A stretch of DNA of 64,000 nucleotides from positions 29,078,001 through 29,142,000 of the forward strand of contig OZ024760.1 in NCBI GenBank assembly GCA_964016885.1, in the 5' to 3' direction. This document shows positions 1 to 12,529 of this stretch, one piece after another. The translations under genes and the position numbers were made by a program. Origin of the DNA: Eledone cirrhosa (Eukaryota). Every line of letters begins with the position of its first letter. Position 1 is the stretch's first letter. The notes below the pieces were generated by a model. The model was given only the letters and a program-made list of their open reading frames with translations, was not told the DNA's origin and ran no database searches.

Positions 1-200
1 CCACCACCACCACCACTAATGTTTACATTAGTGTTTATTCTTACCTCCTTCGATGCTTGAAATCTGTGATCTTCTGAAAACTTCTCACCATCCGACACCA
101 ATATAACCCCATCTTCATCACTACCACCCACTTTATACCCATTACATCTACCCTCAAATTGTGTCCCCTTTACATAACATCAACAGCAAAGAAAAGAAAC

Positions 201-246
<46 letters not shown>

Positions 247-279
247 CGTTTCTGAATTTGTTTAACAATATATATATAT

Positions 280-440
280 ATAGTAATTACAAAGACCAAA
301 ATCCGAAGGGGGCTCGATAAGGATTATATATATATATACATATATATAAAAACCTGTAGAGCGAATATTTATTATTAGTACTGAAGATCCCGTAGTAGGA
401 TGAAAGCAGAAATTCTTTGCTTAAACTTTAATCTGTACAA
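280..440. mobile_element. PLE-derived fold-back mini-element (family D) with hammerhead-like motif at 381-427 (+)
   Basis: CTGAAGA-TCC..GGAT-GAAA-GCA..TGC-TT-AAACT; tail on minus strand matches 38790-38882; flanked by (TA)n. Confidence 0.6.
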
Positions 441-461
441 AAAATAGATATATACACATAT

Positions 462-536
<75 letters not shown>

Positions 537-639
537 TTAGCTTTAAACTATCTCTGTTTTTGTATTAATAATTATATATATATATATATATATCTACGTA
601 TATATATATACATACATACATATATATATACATATATAT

Positions 640-672
<33 letters not shown>

Positions 673-759
673 TATACTCACTCACGATACTTTACAGCTG
701 TGATTTTCTTAAAACTTCTCACCACCTCCCAAAATATCCATTATTTCTACCACCATCAC

Positions 760-1193
760 CACCCACTCTATACTCCACCATCTATCCCGTCCCCCTGCTG
801 TCACCACCACCCACTCTATACTCCACCATCTATCCCGTCCCCCTGCTGTCACCCCCACCCACTCTATACTCCACCATCTATCCCGTCCCCCTGCTGTCAC
901 CCCCACCCACTCTATACTCCACCATCTCTCCTGTCCTCCTACTGTCACCCCCACACACTCTATACTCCACCATCTCTCCCGTCCCCCTACTGTCACCCCC
1001 ACCCTCTCTATACTCCACCATCTCTCCCGTCCCCCCTACTGTCACCCCCACCCACTCTATACTCCACCATCTATCCCGTCCCTCTACTGTCACCCCCACC
1101 CTCTCTATACTCCACCATCTCTCCCGTCCCCCCTACTGTCACCCCCACCCACTCTATACTCCACCATCTTTCCTGTCCCCCTACTGTCACCCC
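760..1193. repeat. 48-bp minisatellite, about 9 copies
   Basis: Unit CCACCCACTCTATACTCCACCATCT.TCCCGTCCCCCT.CTGTCACC; 16-aa periodicity in ORF 700..1233. Confidence 0.9.
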
Positions 1194-1489
1194 CAACTAT
1201 CCAACCACACCAACGATAAGTAATGTCCATTGATGTTTAGCAGATCGGAAGATAGTTTTTAGGCCTCGGATTTTCTTAAAAGTCCTCCTGTCCCTCCACA
1301 AATACCCGTCTCTTGTCATCACAAACACCCTCTTCATACCCTTGACACCTGCCCCTGTAAGTTCTGTCCCCCCCCCCCCACACGATAACAACAACAACAA
1401 TATCAACAACAACCACAACAACAGTGAAAATATGTTCACTATTTCTTACATTGGTGCTACTTTAAGATTGTGATGTGATTTGGGTTGAA

Positions 1490-1530
<41 letters not shown>

Positions 1531-1753
1531 TTTACTTTACACACACACACGTATATATATATATACACCCACCTACATATATACACACCTCTGGCTAAGT
1601 CAATGAAACATAAATTGCCACAAAAACTCATCCGGACTTACCACGATGTTGATTGGAGTAAGTTATTACCTTTTTTTTGTTTTGAATTTTTAAATTGATA
1701 ACAATATATATATATAAATGGTTGAATCTATATATAAATATATATATATATAT

Positions 1754-1848
1754 AGTAATAATAATGAAATTATTGTGTACAGTGCTCAGGTGCACTACAA
1801 CTCATCAAAAGTGCATGTATAGTACATAGAATAATGTACAAATGTCAG

Positions 1849-1850
<2 letters not shown>
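1754..1850 (-). mobile_element. CR1 LINE 3' tail fragment
   Basis: Reverse complement matches 3' UTR of the CR1 at 55680-55780 (TTGTAGTGCACCTGAGCACT..ATAATTTCATTATT). Confidence 0.85.
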
Positions 1851-1917
<67 letters not shown>

Positions 1918-1934
1918 TATATGAACCTAGAGAG

Positions 1935-2015
1935 AAAATATCTATTATTAGTACAGATTAAAGTTTAAGCAAAGAATCGTTGTTTTTACCCTATTACAGG
2001 ATCTTCTGAAACTCA
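1935..2015 (-). mobile_element. Family D hammerhead-like fragment (GAAA mutated)
   Basis: rc AGTTT-CAGAAGA-TCCTGTAATAGGGT-AAAA-ACA..TGC-TT-AAACT; homologous to 22959-23009. Confidence 0.55.
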
Positions 2016-2049
2016 GAATATACATACATATATATATATATATATATAT

Positions 2050-2725
2050 CATCATCATCATCATCATCATCAACGTTTAACGTCCGTGTTCCACGCTTGC
2101 ATGGGTTTGGACGGGGGTAGTCCCACTTGAGGCAAGAGTGATTGTCTTGCTCGCATAGGACTGTCTGGCAGGTTTTCTACAGGTGGATGCCCTTCCTAAC
2201 ACCAACCACATTTACAGTGTGGGTCTGGGAGGTTTTTACCGTGTTGCCTACACGGCCACATTACAGCGTGGACTGTGTGTTTTTTTGTCGTGACACCTAC
2301 ACGATCTCATTTGTTTCGGCCTATGGCGCGGCACCAACATAACTTTACATAGAATGGGGTGGTGTGGATGGGGTGGGGATGGTGGTGGTGGGACGGGGTG
2401 TATTTTGTTAGAGATGCCTACTGGTTGGGGTAGGTTTTACTATATATTTAGGTAAGGCGGGTCTTCTCTGTTACTGAGTACCGCCAAAGGTCTCGGTCCA
2501 GTGACATTGTCTTGGAGAGGTGTAAGTGTGTGATGTCGGAGTTTATCAGCTCGTCGCAGGTTTTTCTAGGTCTGCCTATTCCGTGACTACCGTCTATCTT
2601 TATTGCCCTGCACTTTGTTATACAGCTATCGACTTTCATGCGCATCACGTGTCCATACCAACGTAGCCTTCTCTCGAGTAAACAACATCTGATCCCTCTT
2701 ATCTCTAATTTTTTCCTTAGTTCGT
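2050..2725 (-). mobile_element. 5'-truncated RTE LINE (ORF2 C-terminus, 3' UTR, (GAT)n tail)
   Basis: ORF 2448..2648 nearly identical to 8773..8973; UTR matches 8975-9358. Confidence 0.9.
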
Positions 2726-3321
2726 TTATGCTTTGCCGTTCACGTATATATATATATATACAAGTGGAAGCTTAGTAAAATCGAAACTTTGGCTGTGGCC
2801 AAGCAAAGTCGACCTACAATAAGGAATGAGTAGCAAAGCACTCAATAAGGGTGGGTCCTTAGAATAATAACATACGTTTAAATAGCTTGACAAATTGAAA
2901 ATTGCGGTAGACAAAACCCAACCATACAATACCAAAGTAACAAAAGAACTCATCAGGTAAATATATATATATATATAACTAAGGAAATGTGGTAAGGAAC
3001 CAGATGGACCATAACGCACCAAAGTACTAAATATATCAGTCTTATGATCCAGTACACACACACACATATATGTAATATAATATAAAGATATGTGTGCGTG
3101 TGTATGTATATATATGTGTGTGTGTGTGTGCATATATGTGTATGAATATATATATGTGTGTATATATATATGTGTGTGTGCATATATGTGTATGTGTATA
3201 TATATATGTGTGTATATATATGTGTGTGTGTGTGTATATATGTGTATGTGTATGAATATATGTGTGTATATATATATATGTGTGTGTATGTATATGTGTG
3301 TGTATGTATATATATATATAT

Positions 3322-3399
3322 AGGGTGTCCAAAAAAATATATACACATATTCATTAGCTTGCTGTTGAAGTGTGTATACGTTTTTTGGGGGACACCTTG
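3322..3399. mobile_element. Tiny Tc1/mariner-type MITE
   Basis: TIR-like AGGGTGTCCAAAAAA..TATACAC / GTGTATACGTTTTTTGGGGGACACCTT next to TA. Confidence 0.55.
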
Positions 3400-3594
3400 C
3401 AAATATGTGTGTGTGTGTGTGTGTGCATGGCTATGTGGTTAATGGACTATCTACACTACCAGCTTACCAACACCACCCCTTCTTCCCACCCACCGCCACC
3501 ACCCCTTCTTACCACCCGCCACCCCTTCTTACCACCCACCACCCCTTCTTCCCACCCACCGCCACCACCCCTTCTTACCACCCGCCACCCCTAC

Positions 3595-4212
3595 AGCAAT
3601 AATAACAGTAATAATAGCAACAACAACAGTAACAACAACAGCAATAATAACAACAACAGTAATAATAGCAACAACAACAGTAACAACAACAACAGCAGCA
3701 ATAACAACAACAACAGCAACAACAGTAATAACAGCAACAACAACAACAGTAATAATAACAACAACAGTAACAACAACAACAACAGTAATAATAACAACAA
3801 TAATAATTGTTTCTACTTTAGGCACAAGGCCAGCAATTACCCCAGTGTATTACTGGTACTTTATTTTATCGACCCTGTAAGGATGAAAGGCAAAGTTTAC
3901 GAACTGAGTTCAAATCCCACCGAGGTTGACTTTGCCTTTCATCCTTACGGGGTCGATAAAATAAAGTACCAGTAATACACTGGGTAATTGCTGGCCTTGT
4001 GCCAAAAGTAGAAACAATTATTATTGTTGTTGTTATTACTGTTGTTGTTGTTACTGTTGTTATTGTTGTTGTTGTTGCTGTTATTACTGTTGTTGTTGTT
4101 ACTGTTGTTGTTGCTGCTGTTGTTATTACTGTTGTTGTTGTTACTGCTGTTGTTGTTGTTGTTACTGTTGTTGTTATTACTGTTGTTGTTGTTGTTGCTG
4201 CTGCTGCTGTTG
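3595..4212. repeat. About 620-bp fold-back: (AAC)n + inverted SINE 3' half + SINE + (GTT)n
   Basis: 3806-3897 is the reverse complement of 3925-4024; flanking microsatellites are complementary. Confidence 0.85.
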
Positions 4213-4544
4213 TATTTATTGCACAGAAACAAAACTTCCGTGTCAGTTTAATTCCCTTGCCCTACCCTTCACCTTTCCTCCATACATTCATGAGGTGTGG
4301 GACAGTGTGGGGCAGTGTGGGGTGGGACAGTGGGGACAATGTGGGGTGGGTGTTCAGTTAGGGTATCAGACAACACACTACAAGATCAACATGCTGTATC
4401 TTATAGTCAACAATTTGATGTTATATCCACAGCCAATATATTATTTACCTTTTGAATGGCTCAGGCCACTGGACTGTCAACAGGTGAGAGGGGAGACCAC
4501 CCTCTCCCACCTTTGGTCATCACTGACCATGGGTCTACACCTGG

Positions 4545-4880
4545 GAAGATACACTTGCGGGAACAGGCCTTAATCGTCATTATAGCTAGCTGAGGGTTTA
4601 CATTTGAGGTCCCCTCCAAGGAACAGGCCTTAGGCATGATTAGGGCTAACTGAGGGTTTACATTTGAAAAGGTCACTTCCATGGAACAGGCCTTAGGCAC
4701 GATCAGGGCTAAATAGGTTTACAGCCTTTGTGTCGTCTGGCATCACTTCCTATCGAATGCAGGGGTCCACGTTGCAACAAGTAAAAGTAAGTTCCTGGAA
4801 AGATACACTCCAAGGAACAGGACTTAGGCATGGTTATAGTTAACTGTGGGTTTACACCTGGAAAGACAGAGAGGAACAGG
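4545..4880. repeat. Degenerate ~60-bp tandem repeat
   Basis: Recurring GGAACAGGCCTTAGGCATG..AGCTAACTGAGGGTTTACA. Confidence 0.7.
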
Positions 4881-4959
4881 TGTTGATCCTGGAGATTTTA
4901 TGGAGGACCAGCAGACACCCATGTATACCTTTCTCACCTCTCCATGCCACTGATGTTGT

Positions 4960-5207
4960 CAACCACTACTGCCACCACTGCCATCGCTACCACCAGCACC
5001 ACCACCATCACCATCACTACCACCACTACCATCGCTACCACCAGCACTACCACTACTACCACCACCATCACCATCACTACCACCACTACCATCGCTACCA
5101 CCAGCACTACCACTACTACCACTCCCACCACCAGAACCACCACTACCACCGCTACCACCACCACTACCACCACTACCACCACTACCACCACAACCACCAC
5201 TACCACC
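4960..5207. repeat. (CAC/TAC)n microsatellite
   Basis: Direct inspection. Confidence 0.9.
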
Positions 5208-5639
5208 AAACTTCCAAAGCATCAAGCAACACCACTACCAATATCAACACTAAACAAAGGAGCCTCGAAATGGTCGTTTGACCTGCTAGAAATAGCAGCC
5301 GTGTTTCCCTCTCAAATCACACTATACCATTTTATGTTATTCATGAAGTCCTAGATGTCCAAAATGATGAGATGGTCATTGCTGGAACGCCTTTGATCAT
5401 GAGTCTCTTTAATGTGGGATGACCTTCAGCTAAATATCAACAGCAACAATAACACATGTCATTGATGAAGCCTCTACATGGTTACTCTAGCTGCTAGAAA
5501 TAACAGTTAGATCATCCTCAGATTAAACTCTAAAAGAATGACTGACACATGAGTGTACCAAAGGCTGGCTACATTATAAAATGCTTTTCATCCTTTCAGG
5601 GTTGATAAAATAAAGTACCAGTAAAATACTGGGCAACAT

Positions 5640-5990
5640 AGATGGGTTGGCTACATATCTTGAGATAACAGGTGGACTCTCAAAGTGACAGAGTGGACAC
5701 CAAGGCAGTGGAGAAGGACCAGAATGTGATGATGGTGTGATGATCCGACCCAATACCTCGGTCCCTCATGCTCCAATATGGCCAGAGATAGGAAGCGGTG
5801 GAGGTCAGCCTGGGAGGAATTCCACCAATGGGAGTGAGATGGCATTGGAGGTCAACCTGGGAAGAATTCCTCCAGCAGGAGTGAGATGACCTTGGAGGTC
5901 AGCCTTGGAGGAATTCCTCCAATGGGAGTGAGATGACCTTGGAGGTCAACCTGGGCGGGGTACGTCCAACAGGAGTGAGAAGGCCCTGGA
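5640..5990 (+). mobile_element. Decayed RTE 3' end followed by ~49-bp tandem repeat of its terminus
   Basis: Translates DNRWTLKVTEWTPRQW..ARDRKRWR; unit TGGAGGTCAACCTGGGAGGAATTCCTCCAATGGGAGTGAGATGACC x4. Confidence 0.65.
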
Positions 5991-6149
5991 TATATGTACT
6001 TTGTATATATACAAAATACTGTGTTTTCTTATAAGATATATGGTTCTTTCTTCTCTATATATATATTAATTTGGAAAGTACTGGGGTCAACATAATTGAC
6101 TTCCCCACTTTCCCTAAATTGCTGGCCATGTCCTTAAATTAGAAATGAA

Positions 6150-6540
6150 GGGGATTGGCAGAGTTGTTAGAGAATCAAACAACTGCTATGAAGCATTCGT
6201 CTGAGGTTCAAATCCTGCCAAGGTCAACTTTTCATTCTGTCAGGGTTGATGAAATAAATTACCAGTGATATATTGGGGACCAATACAGTCGGCTTTCTAC
6301 CGAAGTGTTGGCCTTGTTCCAATGTTAGAAACACTTAGGGTAGCGGATAAGCAGAACTGGTAGAGCGACAGACACTATGCTTTGTAGCATAGAGTTATGA
6401 CCCTTTACATTCAGAGTTCAAATCCTGCCGAGGTTACCTTTGCCTTTCATCCTTACGAGGTCAATAAAATAAAGTACCAGTAATGTGCTGGGCAATTGTT
6501 GGCCTTGTGCCTAAAGTAGAAACAATTATTATTATTATTA
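6150..6540 (+). mobile_element. Two adjacent tRNA-derived SINEs (family S1)
   Basis: A-box TGGCAGAGTTG, B-box GGTTCAAATCC, central GCCTTTCATCCT..GATAAAATAAAGTACC, (ATT)n tail. Confidence 0.8.
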
Positions 6541-6589
6541 TTTTATCATCATCATTATTATTGTTATCCATTTTTCGTTTGTTTGGGTT

Positions 6590-7220
6590 AGAGGGCTTGT
6601 TTGGGTTTTGACATGATTTCTACCAGAGGATGCCCTTCCTATCACTAAACACTTTACAGAATTCATGTTATTGCGGCGCCAGCACTAGGGAGGTTGTCAT
6701 GTCTTTGATAGAAGAAACCTCTCAACCCTTTGTTTGGCATGGCTTCTATGACTGGATGTTCTTCCTAACACTAACAATTTTACAGAGTGTACTGGGTACA
6801 TTTTATCATAAGACCAACACTAGGAGGTTGTCATGTCTTTGACACAACTGAGGAGACCTCGCAACCCTTTATTTGGTATGGCTCCTATAGATAAAGACCC
6901 TTTCATATTATATTGTGGCGCCAGCATTAGGGAGATTGTCATGTCTTTGACACAACTGAGGAGGCCTTACAACCCTTTATTTGGTATGGCTTCTATAGAT
7001 GAAAGCCCTTTCTAACAGCAACAACTTTACTGAATGTCCTGAGTAGATTATATTGTGGCACCAGCACCAAGGAGGTTGTAATGACTTCAACAAAACCGAA
7101 AACTCCTCTCAAATTCCTCTCAATCCTTTGTTTAGTATGGCTTCTATGGATGAAGGGCCTTCCTAACACCAACCACCTTACAGGGTGTACTTGGGTGCCT
7201 TGTTATTGTGGCACCAGTAC
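6590..7220 (-). repeat. Degenerate tandem array built from an RTE/SINE-tail segment
   Basis: Repeating TATTGTGGC.CCAGCAC..GGAGGTTGT.ATG..CCCTT..TTTGGTATGGCTTCTAT..GGATGCCCTTCCTAAC. Confidence 0.6.
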
Positions 7221-7499
7221 TTGAACAGTCGTTGGCCCTGTGCTATTACTGTTTGGATGTCATCTCCTTATAAGGTATGAATCAAGTACTGGGGACTATA
7301 TAAACAACTAAGCCACCCTCTACACCCCTACCATTTTCTTCTTGCTCGACAAGGCCATGGTCATCCTAAGCCAACAATCCCAAAGCATCATCATGCATAG
7401 AGCCAACCAGGTCCACCCTTCATATATTTATATATATATTTTTTCTTCTCTGAAGATTCTCTGTAAATATCACTCCTAGCAATATATATGTGTATGTCT

Positions 7500-7547
<48 letters not shown>

Positions 7548-7660
7548 CTACATACATATATATATGTATGTCTACATACATATATATATATATATGTAGA
7601 CACATATGTGTGTAGACACACACATATATATATATATGTGTCTACACATATATATATGCA

Positions 7661-9358
7661 GGCAAAAGTACCACAGACGCTCTTTTCATTGTACGACAAC
7701 TACAGGAGAAGTACCTAGCTAAAAGTAAACCCCTATACTTAGCTTTTGTTGACTTGGAGAAAGCCTTCGACAGAGTCCCCCGTTCCATTATCTGGTGGGC
7801 TCTTAGAAAACTAGGTGTTGACGAATGGCTTGTGAGAGCTATACAAGCCATGTATAAAAAAACAGTCAGCAAGGTTAGAATTAACAACGAATATAGGGAA
7901 GAGTTTAGTGTAAAAGTTGGTGTTCATCAGGGCTCTGTTCTTAGCCCCCTACTATTTATTATTGCCCTTCAGGCTATAACAGTAGAGTTCAAGACTGGCT
8001 GCCCATGGGAACTCCTATACGCAGATGATCTAATGCTCATAGCTGAATCAATGGCCGAGCTAGAGAAGAAATTCCAAACATGGAAGCACGGCCTAGAATC
8101 AAAAGGCCTTAAAATTAACCTGGCTAAGACTAAAGTTCTAGTTTGTAGGAAAGAAAATAAGGCGACGGTCCCTTCCGGGAAATGGCCATGCTCAGTGTGT
8201 AGGAAAGGCGTAGGTAGAAACTCCATTTTATGTCCCAAATGCAAAGTATGGGTGCATAAAAGATGTAGTGGGATCACAGGTAAGCTAACTAAGAACATAG
8301 ATTTTACATGTGGCCGGTGCTCTGGTGCAATAAGTAGCAGCAAGTGCCCACAAAATACTAGCTCTTTCAATTGCGCAGAGGGTTCTATAGAAATAGTGGA
8401 CAGCTTCCGTTACCTGGGTGACAAAATCAGCAGTGGGGGAGGGTGCTCTGAAAGTACAGTAGCTAGAGTCAGAACTGGATGGAAAAAGTTCAGAGAGCTT
8501 ATACCACTATTAGCCACTAAAGGGTTCTCCCTAAAAATGAAAGGCAGGTTGTATGATGCCTGGATACGAACAGCAATGTTGCATGGCAGTGAGACCTGGG
8601 CATTGTGTACAGAGGATATACGCAGACTAGAGAGGAACGAAGCTTGCATGTTCCGCTGGATGTGTAATAGTAACATACATGAACGGCAAAGCATAAGGGA
8701 ACTAAGGAAAAAATTAGAAATAAGAGGATCAGATGTTGTTTACTCGAGAGAAGGCTACGTTGGTATGGTCACGTGATGCGCATGAAAGACGACAGCTGTA
8801 TAACAAAGTGTAGGGCAATAAAGATAGACGGTAGCTACGGAGTAGGCAGACCCAGAAAAACCTGGGACGAGCTGATAAATTCCGACCTCACACACTTACA
8901 CCTCTCCAAGACAATGTCACTGGACCGAGACCTTTGGCGGTACTCAGTAATAGAGAAGACCCGCCTTACCTAAATACAAAGTAAAACCTACTACAGTCAG
9001 TAGGCATCTCTAACAAAATACACCCCCGTCCCACTACCCCCACCTCATCCACACCGCCTCTTTCAATGTAAAGTTATGTTGGTGCCACAACATCCAGGCC
9101 GAAACAAATGAGATCGTGTAGGTGTCACGACAAAAAACACACAGTCCACGCTGTAATGTGGCCGTGTAGGCAACACGGTAAAAACCTCCCAGCCCCACAC
9201 TGTAAATGTGGTTGGTGTTAAGAAGGGCATCCAGCTGTAGAAAACCCGCCAGACAGTCCTATGCGAGCAAGACAATCACTCTTGCCTCAAGTGGGAAAAC
9301 TCCCGTCCAAACCCATGCAAGCGTGGAACACGGACGTTAAACGTTGATGATGATGATG
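7661..9358 (+). mobile_element. 5'-truncated RTE-clade LINE: reverse transcriptase with internal PHD-like finger, 3' UTR, (GAT)n tail
   Basis: Motifs FVDLEKAFD, GVHQGSVLSPLLF, LLYADD, YLG; 1-nt frameshift near 8727 (AGAGGATC vs AGAGGGATC in the copy near 2695); stop at 8973. Confidence 0.95.
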
Positions 9359-9434
9359 TGTGTCTACATATATATATATATATGTGTGTAGACACACACA
9401 TATATATATATATATATACACACACACATATATA

Positions 9435-9820
9435 TCATCATCATCATCATCATCATCAACGTTTAACGTCCGTGTTCCACGCTTGCATGGGTTTGGACGG
9501 GGGTTTTCCCACTTGAGGCAAGAGTGATTGTCTTGCTCGCATAGGACTGTCTGGCGGGTTTTCTACAGCTGGATGCCCTTCTTAACACCAACCACATTTA
9601 CAGTGTGGGGCTGGGAGGTTTTTACCGTGTTGCCTACACGGCCACATTACAGCGTGGACTGTGTGTTTTTTTGTCGTGACACCTACACGATCTCATTTGT
9701 TTCGGCCTGGATGGCGCGGCACCAACATAACTTTACATAGAACGGGGTGGTGTGGATGGGGTGGGGGTGGTGTTGGTATTTTGTTAGAGATGCCTACTGG
9801 CTATAGTAGGTTTTACTATG
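9435..9820 (-). mobile_element. RTE 3' UTR copy inverted relative to 8985-9358
   Basis: Near-identical reverse complement (ORFs 9063..9275 and 9528..9740 share their translation). Confidence 0.9.
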
Positions 9821-9860
<40 letters not shown>

Positions 9861-9883
9861 TATATATATACATATATATATAT

Positions 9884-9928
<45 letters not shown>

Positions 9929-9959
9929 TATATATATATATGTACATATAACTTCTTAC

Positions 9960-10150
9960 TCAACGAAGCCGGGATCATCCTAAACCAGTGATCCCAAAGC
10001 ATCATCGTTCACAAAGCCAACCAGGTCCACTGGGCCCCTCCTCCATTGCTGGTGCTCCTGTGCCACATCTTCTGCATCCTCCAAGGTGCTGTCGAACCTC
10101 CAGAGATCTTCCTTGATGATATCCAGTCATCTGCTGCGGGGCCTCTTCCA
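9960..10150 (-). mobile_element. Decayed RTE-like 3' fragment (another family; related piece at 7350-7420)
   Basis: rc translates PRSR*LDIIKEDLWRFDSTLEDAEDVAQEHQQWR. Confidence 0.55.
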
Positions 10151-10774
10151 GCCTGAAGCTGCTATGTCATATAAGAATAAGGGCCTTACTCTCATTCAAC
10201 TCAGACGTGGTGTCATATGAGAGGAAGGGCCTTACTATCAGTCAACACAGCTGCTGTGTCATATGAGAGTAAGGGCCTTACTCTCATTCAACACCCCTAC
10301 CAGAAATATCCAACTTTGTCCCTCTGAAAAAAATCATTACTAATTACCACCATAAGACATTTGGTAATATTTGTGGGTTACTCTAGCTTTTGATGCTATT
10401 TTAGTTGTGTTTAGTTGAACTGATTGGCAGTTAATTAATAAGTTGCAATCATATATAGATATGGAGGGACGACAGCTCTATTGATCAGTTATTGAGTCTT
10501 TTCATCTTCGCTAATAAACGACCAATAATTAATTGTATACACAGCAGACGTTTTCATTTATAACAATTGCTTTCCAATACAGTTCTTTTGTATAGCTTTG
10601 TTGTTTGTTGTTTCCCCTCTCCCCCCCTCATCCACCCCCCTCCTCTCTCTCTTTTCATCTCATATATATATAAAGTTGTGTGTGCATGTGTGTATATATA
10701 TGTGTGTATATATATAAATATGTATGTGTATTTATATGTATGTGTATTTATATGTATGTGTATATATATATATG

Positions 10775-10823
<49 letters not shown>

Positions 10824-10844
10824 TTATATGTGTGTGTATATGTA

Positions 10845-10876
<32 letters not shown>

Positions 10877-11078
10877 CACATGTGTGTGTGGGTGTATATA
10901 TATATATATATACACACACATGTGTGTCTATATATATATATATATGTAGAGGTTATATTTAAATTGTTGGGATACAACAAGCAAATATTTTTATAACTGA
11001 TATAAAGCACTCAACAAATTATTGGAGTAAAAATACGATATATTAACAAATGGAAACTATATTTATAAAACCATATTT

Positions 11079-11141
11079 ATTTCATTATACATATTTCAAG
11101 GACACCAAGTTAAATTATGGTGTGCTTTCATCAGATAAAAT
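11079..11141 (-). ncRNA. Minimal type I hammerhead ribozyme motif
   Basis: Reverse complement of 11191-11253. Confidence 0.8.
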
Positions 11142-11190
11142 ATAATATAGATCAGTTTTATAAATAAATAAATATATTATAATATATTAT

Positions 11191-11253
11191 ATTTTATCTG
11201 ATGAAAGCACACCATAATTTAACTTGGTGTCCTTGAAATATGTATAATGAAAT
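11191..11253 (+). ncRNA. Minimal type I hammerhead ribozyme motif
   Basis: ATTTTAT-CTGATGA-AAGCACACCA..TGGTGTCCTT-GAAA-TATGTA-TA|ATGAAAT; predicted cut after 11246. Confidence 0.8.
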
Positions 11254-11327
11254 TTAACTTGGGGTCCTTGAAATATGTATAATGAAATAAATATGGTTTT
11301 ATAAATATAGTTTCCATTTGTTAATAT

Positions 11328-11364
<37 letters not shown>

Positions 11365-11369
<5 letters not shown>

Positions 11370-11580
11370 GAGAGTAAAACAAAGAAGCCTTCAATACATC
11401 AAAAGTCTTTATTAGCCGACAATGTCGGCTAATAAAGACTTTTGATGTATTGAAGGCTTCTTTGTTTTACTCTCTTAATTTTTCGGCTCTGTTTAACTAC
11501 ATTGAGCTATATCCTTTTACTGTCATTTCTATAATACGAAGAGGGTGTTTAACTCCAACACGCTCCAGTATTTTAACCTT
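11365..11580. mobile_element. Near-perfect 115-bp palindrome (11365-11479) plus tail, PLE-type terminus
   Basis: ATTAAGAGAG..GCCGACAATGTCGGC..CTCTCTTAAT; tail contains CATTGAGC; TA flanks. Confidence 0.6.
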
Positions 11581-11599
11581 TATATATATATATATATAT

Positions 11600-11790
11600 C
11601 ATTATCATCATCATCATCACCGTTTTACGTCTGTTCTTCGACGCTAGCATGGGTTAGACGGGTTGTCCTATTGTCGGCAGTGTCCAGTCGGCTGACCATG
11701 TCTTGCTCATACGGGAACTGATTCTGGCTTGATTTCTACAGCTGGATGCCCTTCCTAACACCAACCTCATTTACTGTGAGTGCTGGGTGC
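11600..11790 (-). mobile_element. RTE/SINE 3' tail
   Basis: CAGCTGGATGCCCTTCCTAACACC motif and (CAT)n. Confidence 0.8.
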
Positions 11791-11823
<33 letters not shown>

Positions 11824-11873
11824 ATATATATATGTATGTGTGTATACATATAAATATATATATATATATATAT

Positions 11874-12067
11874 ATAGGAGTAAGTAAGACCCCGACGGCT
11901 GAGCTCAAGCCGTTTCGACGGCTAATTCTGTACAGAATTAGCCGTCGAAACGGCTTGAGCTCAGCCGTCGGGGTCTTACTTACTCCTATTACCCACTCTA
12001 CTACCCTAAGTATTGAGTACTTTGGTGCGTTATGGTCCACCTGGTTCCTTACCACTTTTCCCTCGCT
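11874..12067. mobile_element. Perfect 116-bp palindrome containing a hammerhead 3' half, plus tail
   Basis: GAAA-CGGCT-loop-AGCCG-TC at 11947-11969; tail matches the reverse complement of 2978-3032. Confidence 0.7.
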
Positions 12068-12217
12068 ATATATATATATAAGTAGAAGGGAAATTTAATT
12101 TGTTGGAAATCCAATAAATATAAATGTTTATAACTGATTCAGAGCACTCGACAGTTTTCTGGAGTAAATATTCAATGATATTAAATAAATGGAAATTATA
12201 TTTATAAAACCATATTT

Positions 12218-12277
12218 ATTCTATTATATATATTTCAAGGGTACCAAAAACTTTGGTACGCTTTCATCAGATAAAAT
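12218..12277 (-). ncRNA. Minimal type I hammerhead ribozyme motif
   Basis: Reverse complement of 12406-12466 with a 1-nt loop difference. Confidence 0.82.
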
Positions 12278-12405
12278 ACAAAGAGTGTTTTTATAAATTT
12301 TGACATAGCCAAGGAAAATCATACCTTATCAGTTGAATATTCCCTGGGTAGTCCCTAAGGTATGATTATCCTTGGCTATGTCAAAATTTATAAAACACTC
12401 TTTGT

Positions 12406-12466
12406 ATTTTATCTGATGAAAGCGTACCAAAGTTTTTTGGTACCCTTGAAATATATATAATAGAAT
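12406..12466 (+). ncRNA. Minimal type I hammerhead ribozyme motif
   Basis: ATTTTAT-CTGATGA-AAGCGTACCA..TGGTACCCTT-GAAA-TATATA-TA|ATAGAAT; palindromic helix III; cut after 12459. Confidence 0.85.
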
Positions 12467-12529
12467 AAATATGGTTTTATAAATATAGTTTCCATTTATT
12501 TAATATCATTGTATATATATATATATATA

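Larger units (their letters stand above)
10946..11330. mobile_element. PLE-derived fold-back element (family A) in (TA)n
   Basis: Inverted arms each carrying a hammerhead; longer minus arm carries the tail. Confidence 0.8.
12081..12511. mobile_element. PLE-derived fold-back element (family A)
   Basis: Arms about 12173-12327 and 12355-12511; TA flanks. Confidence 0.8.
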
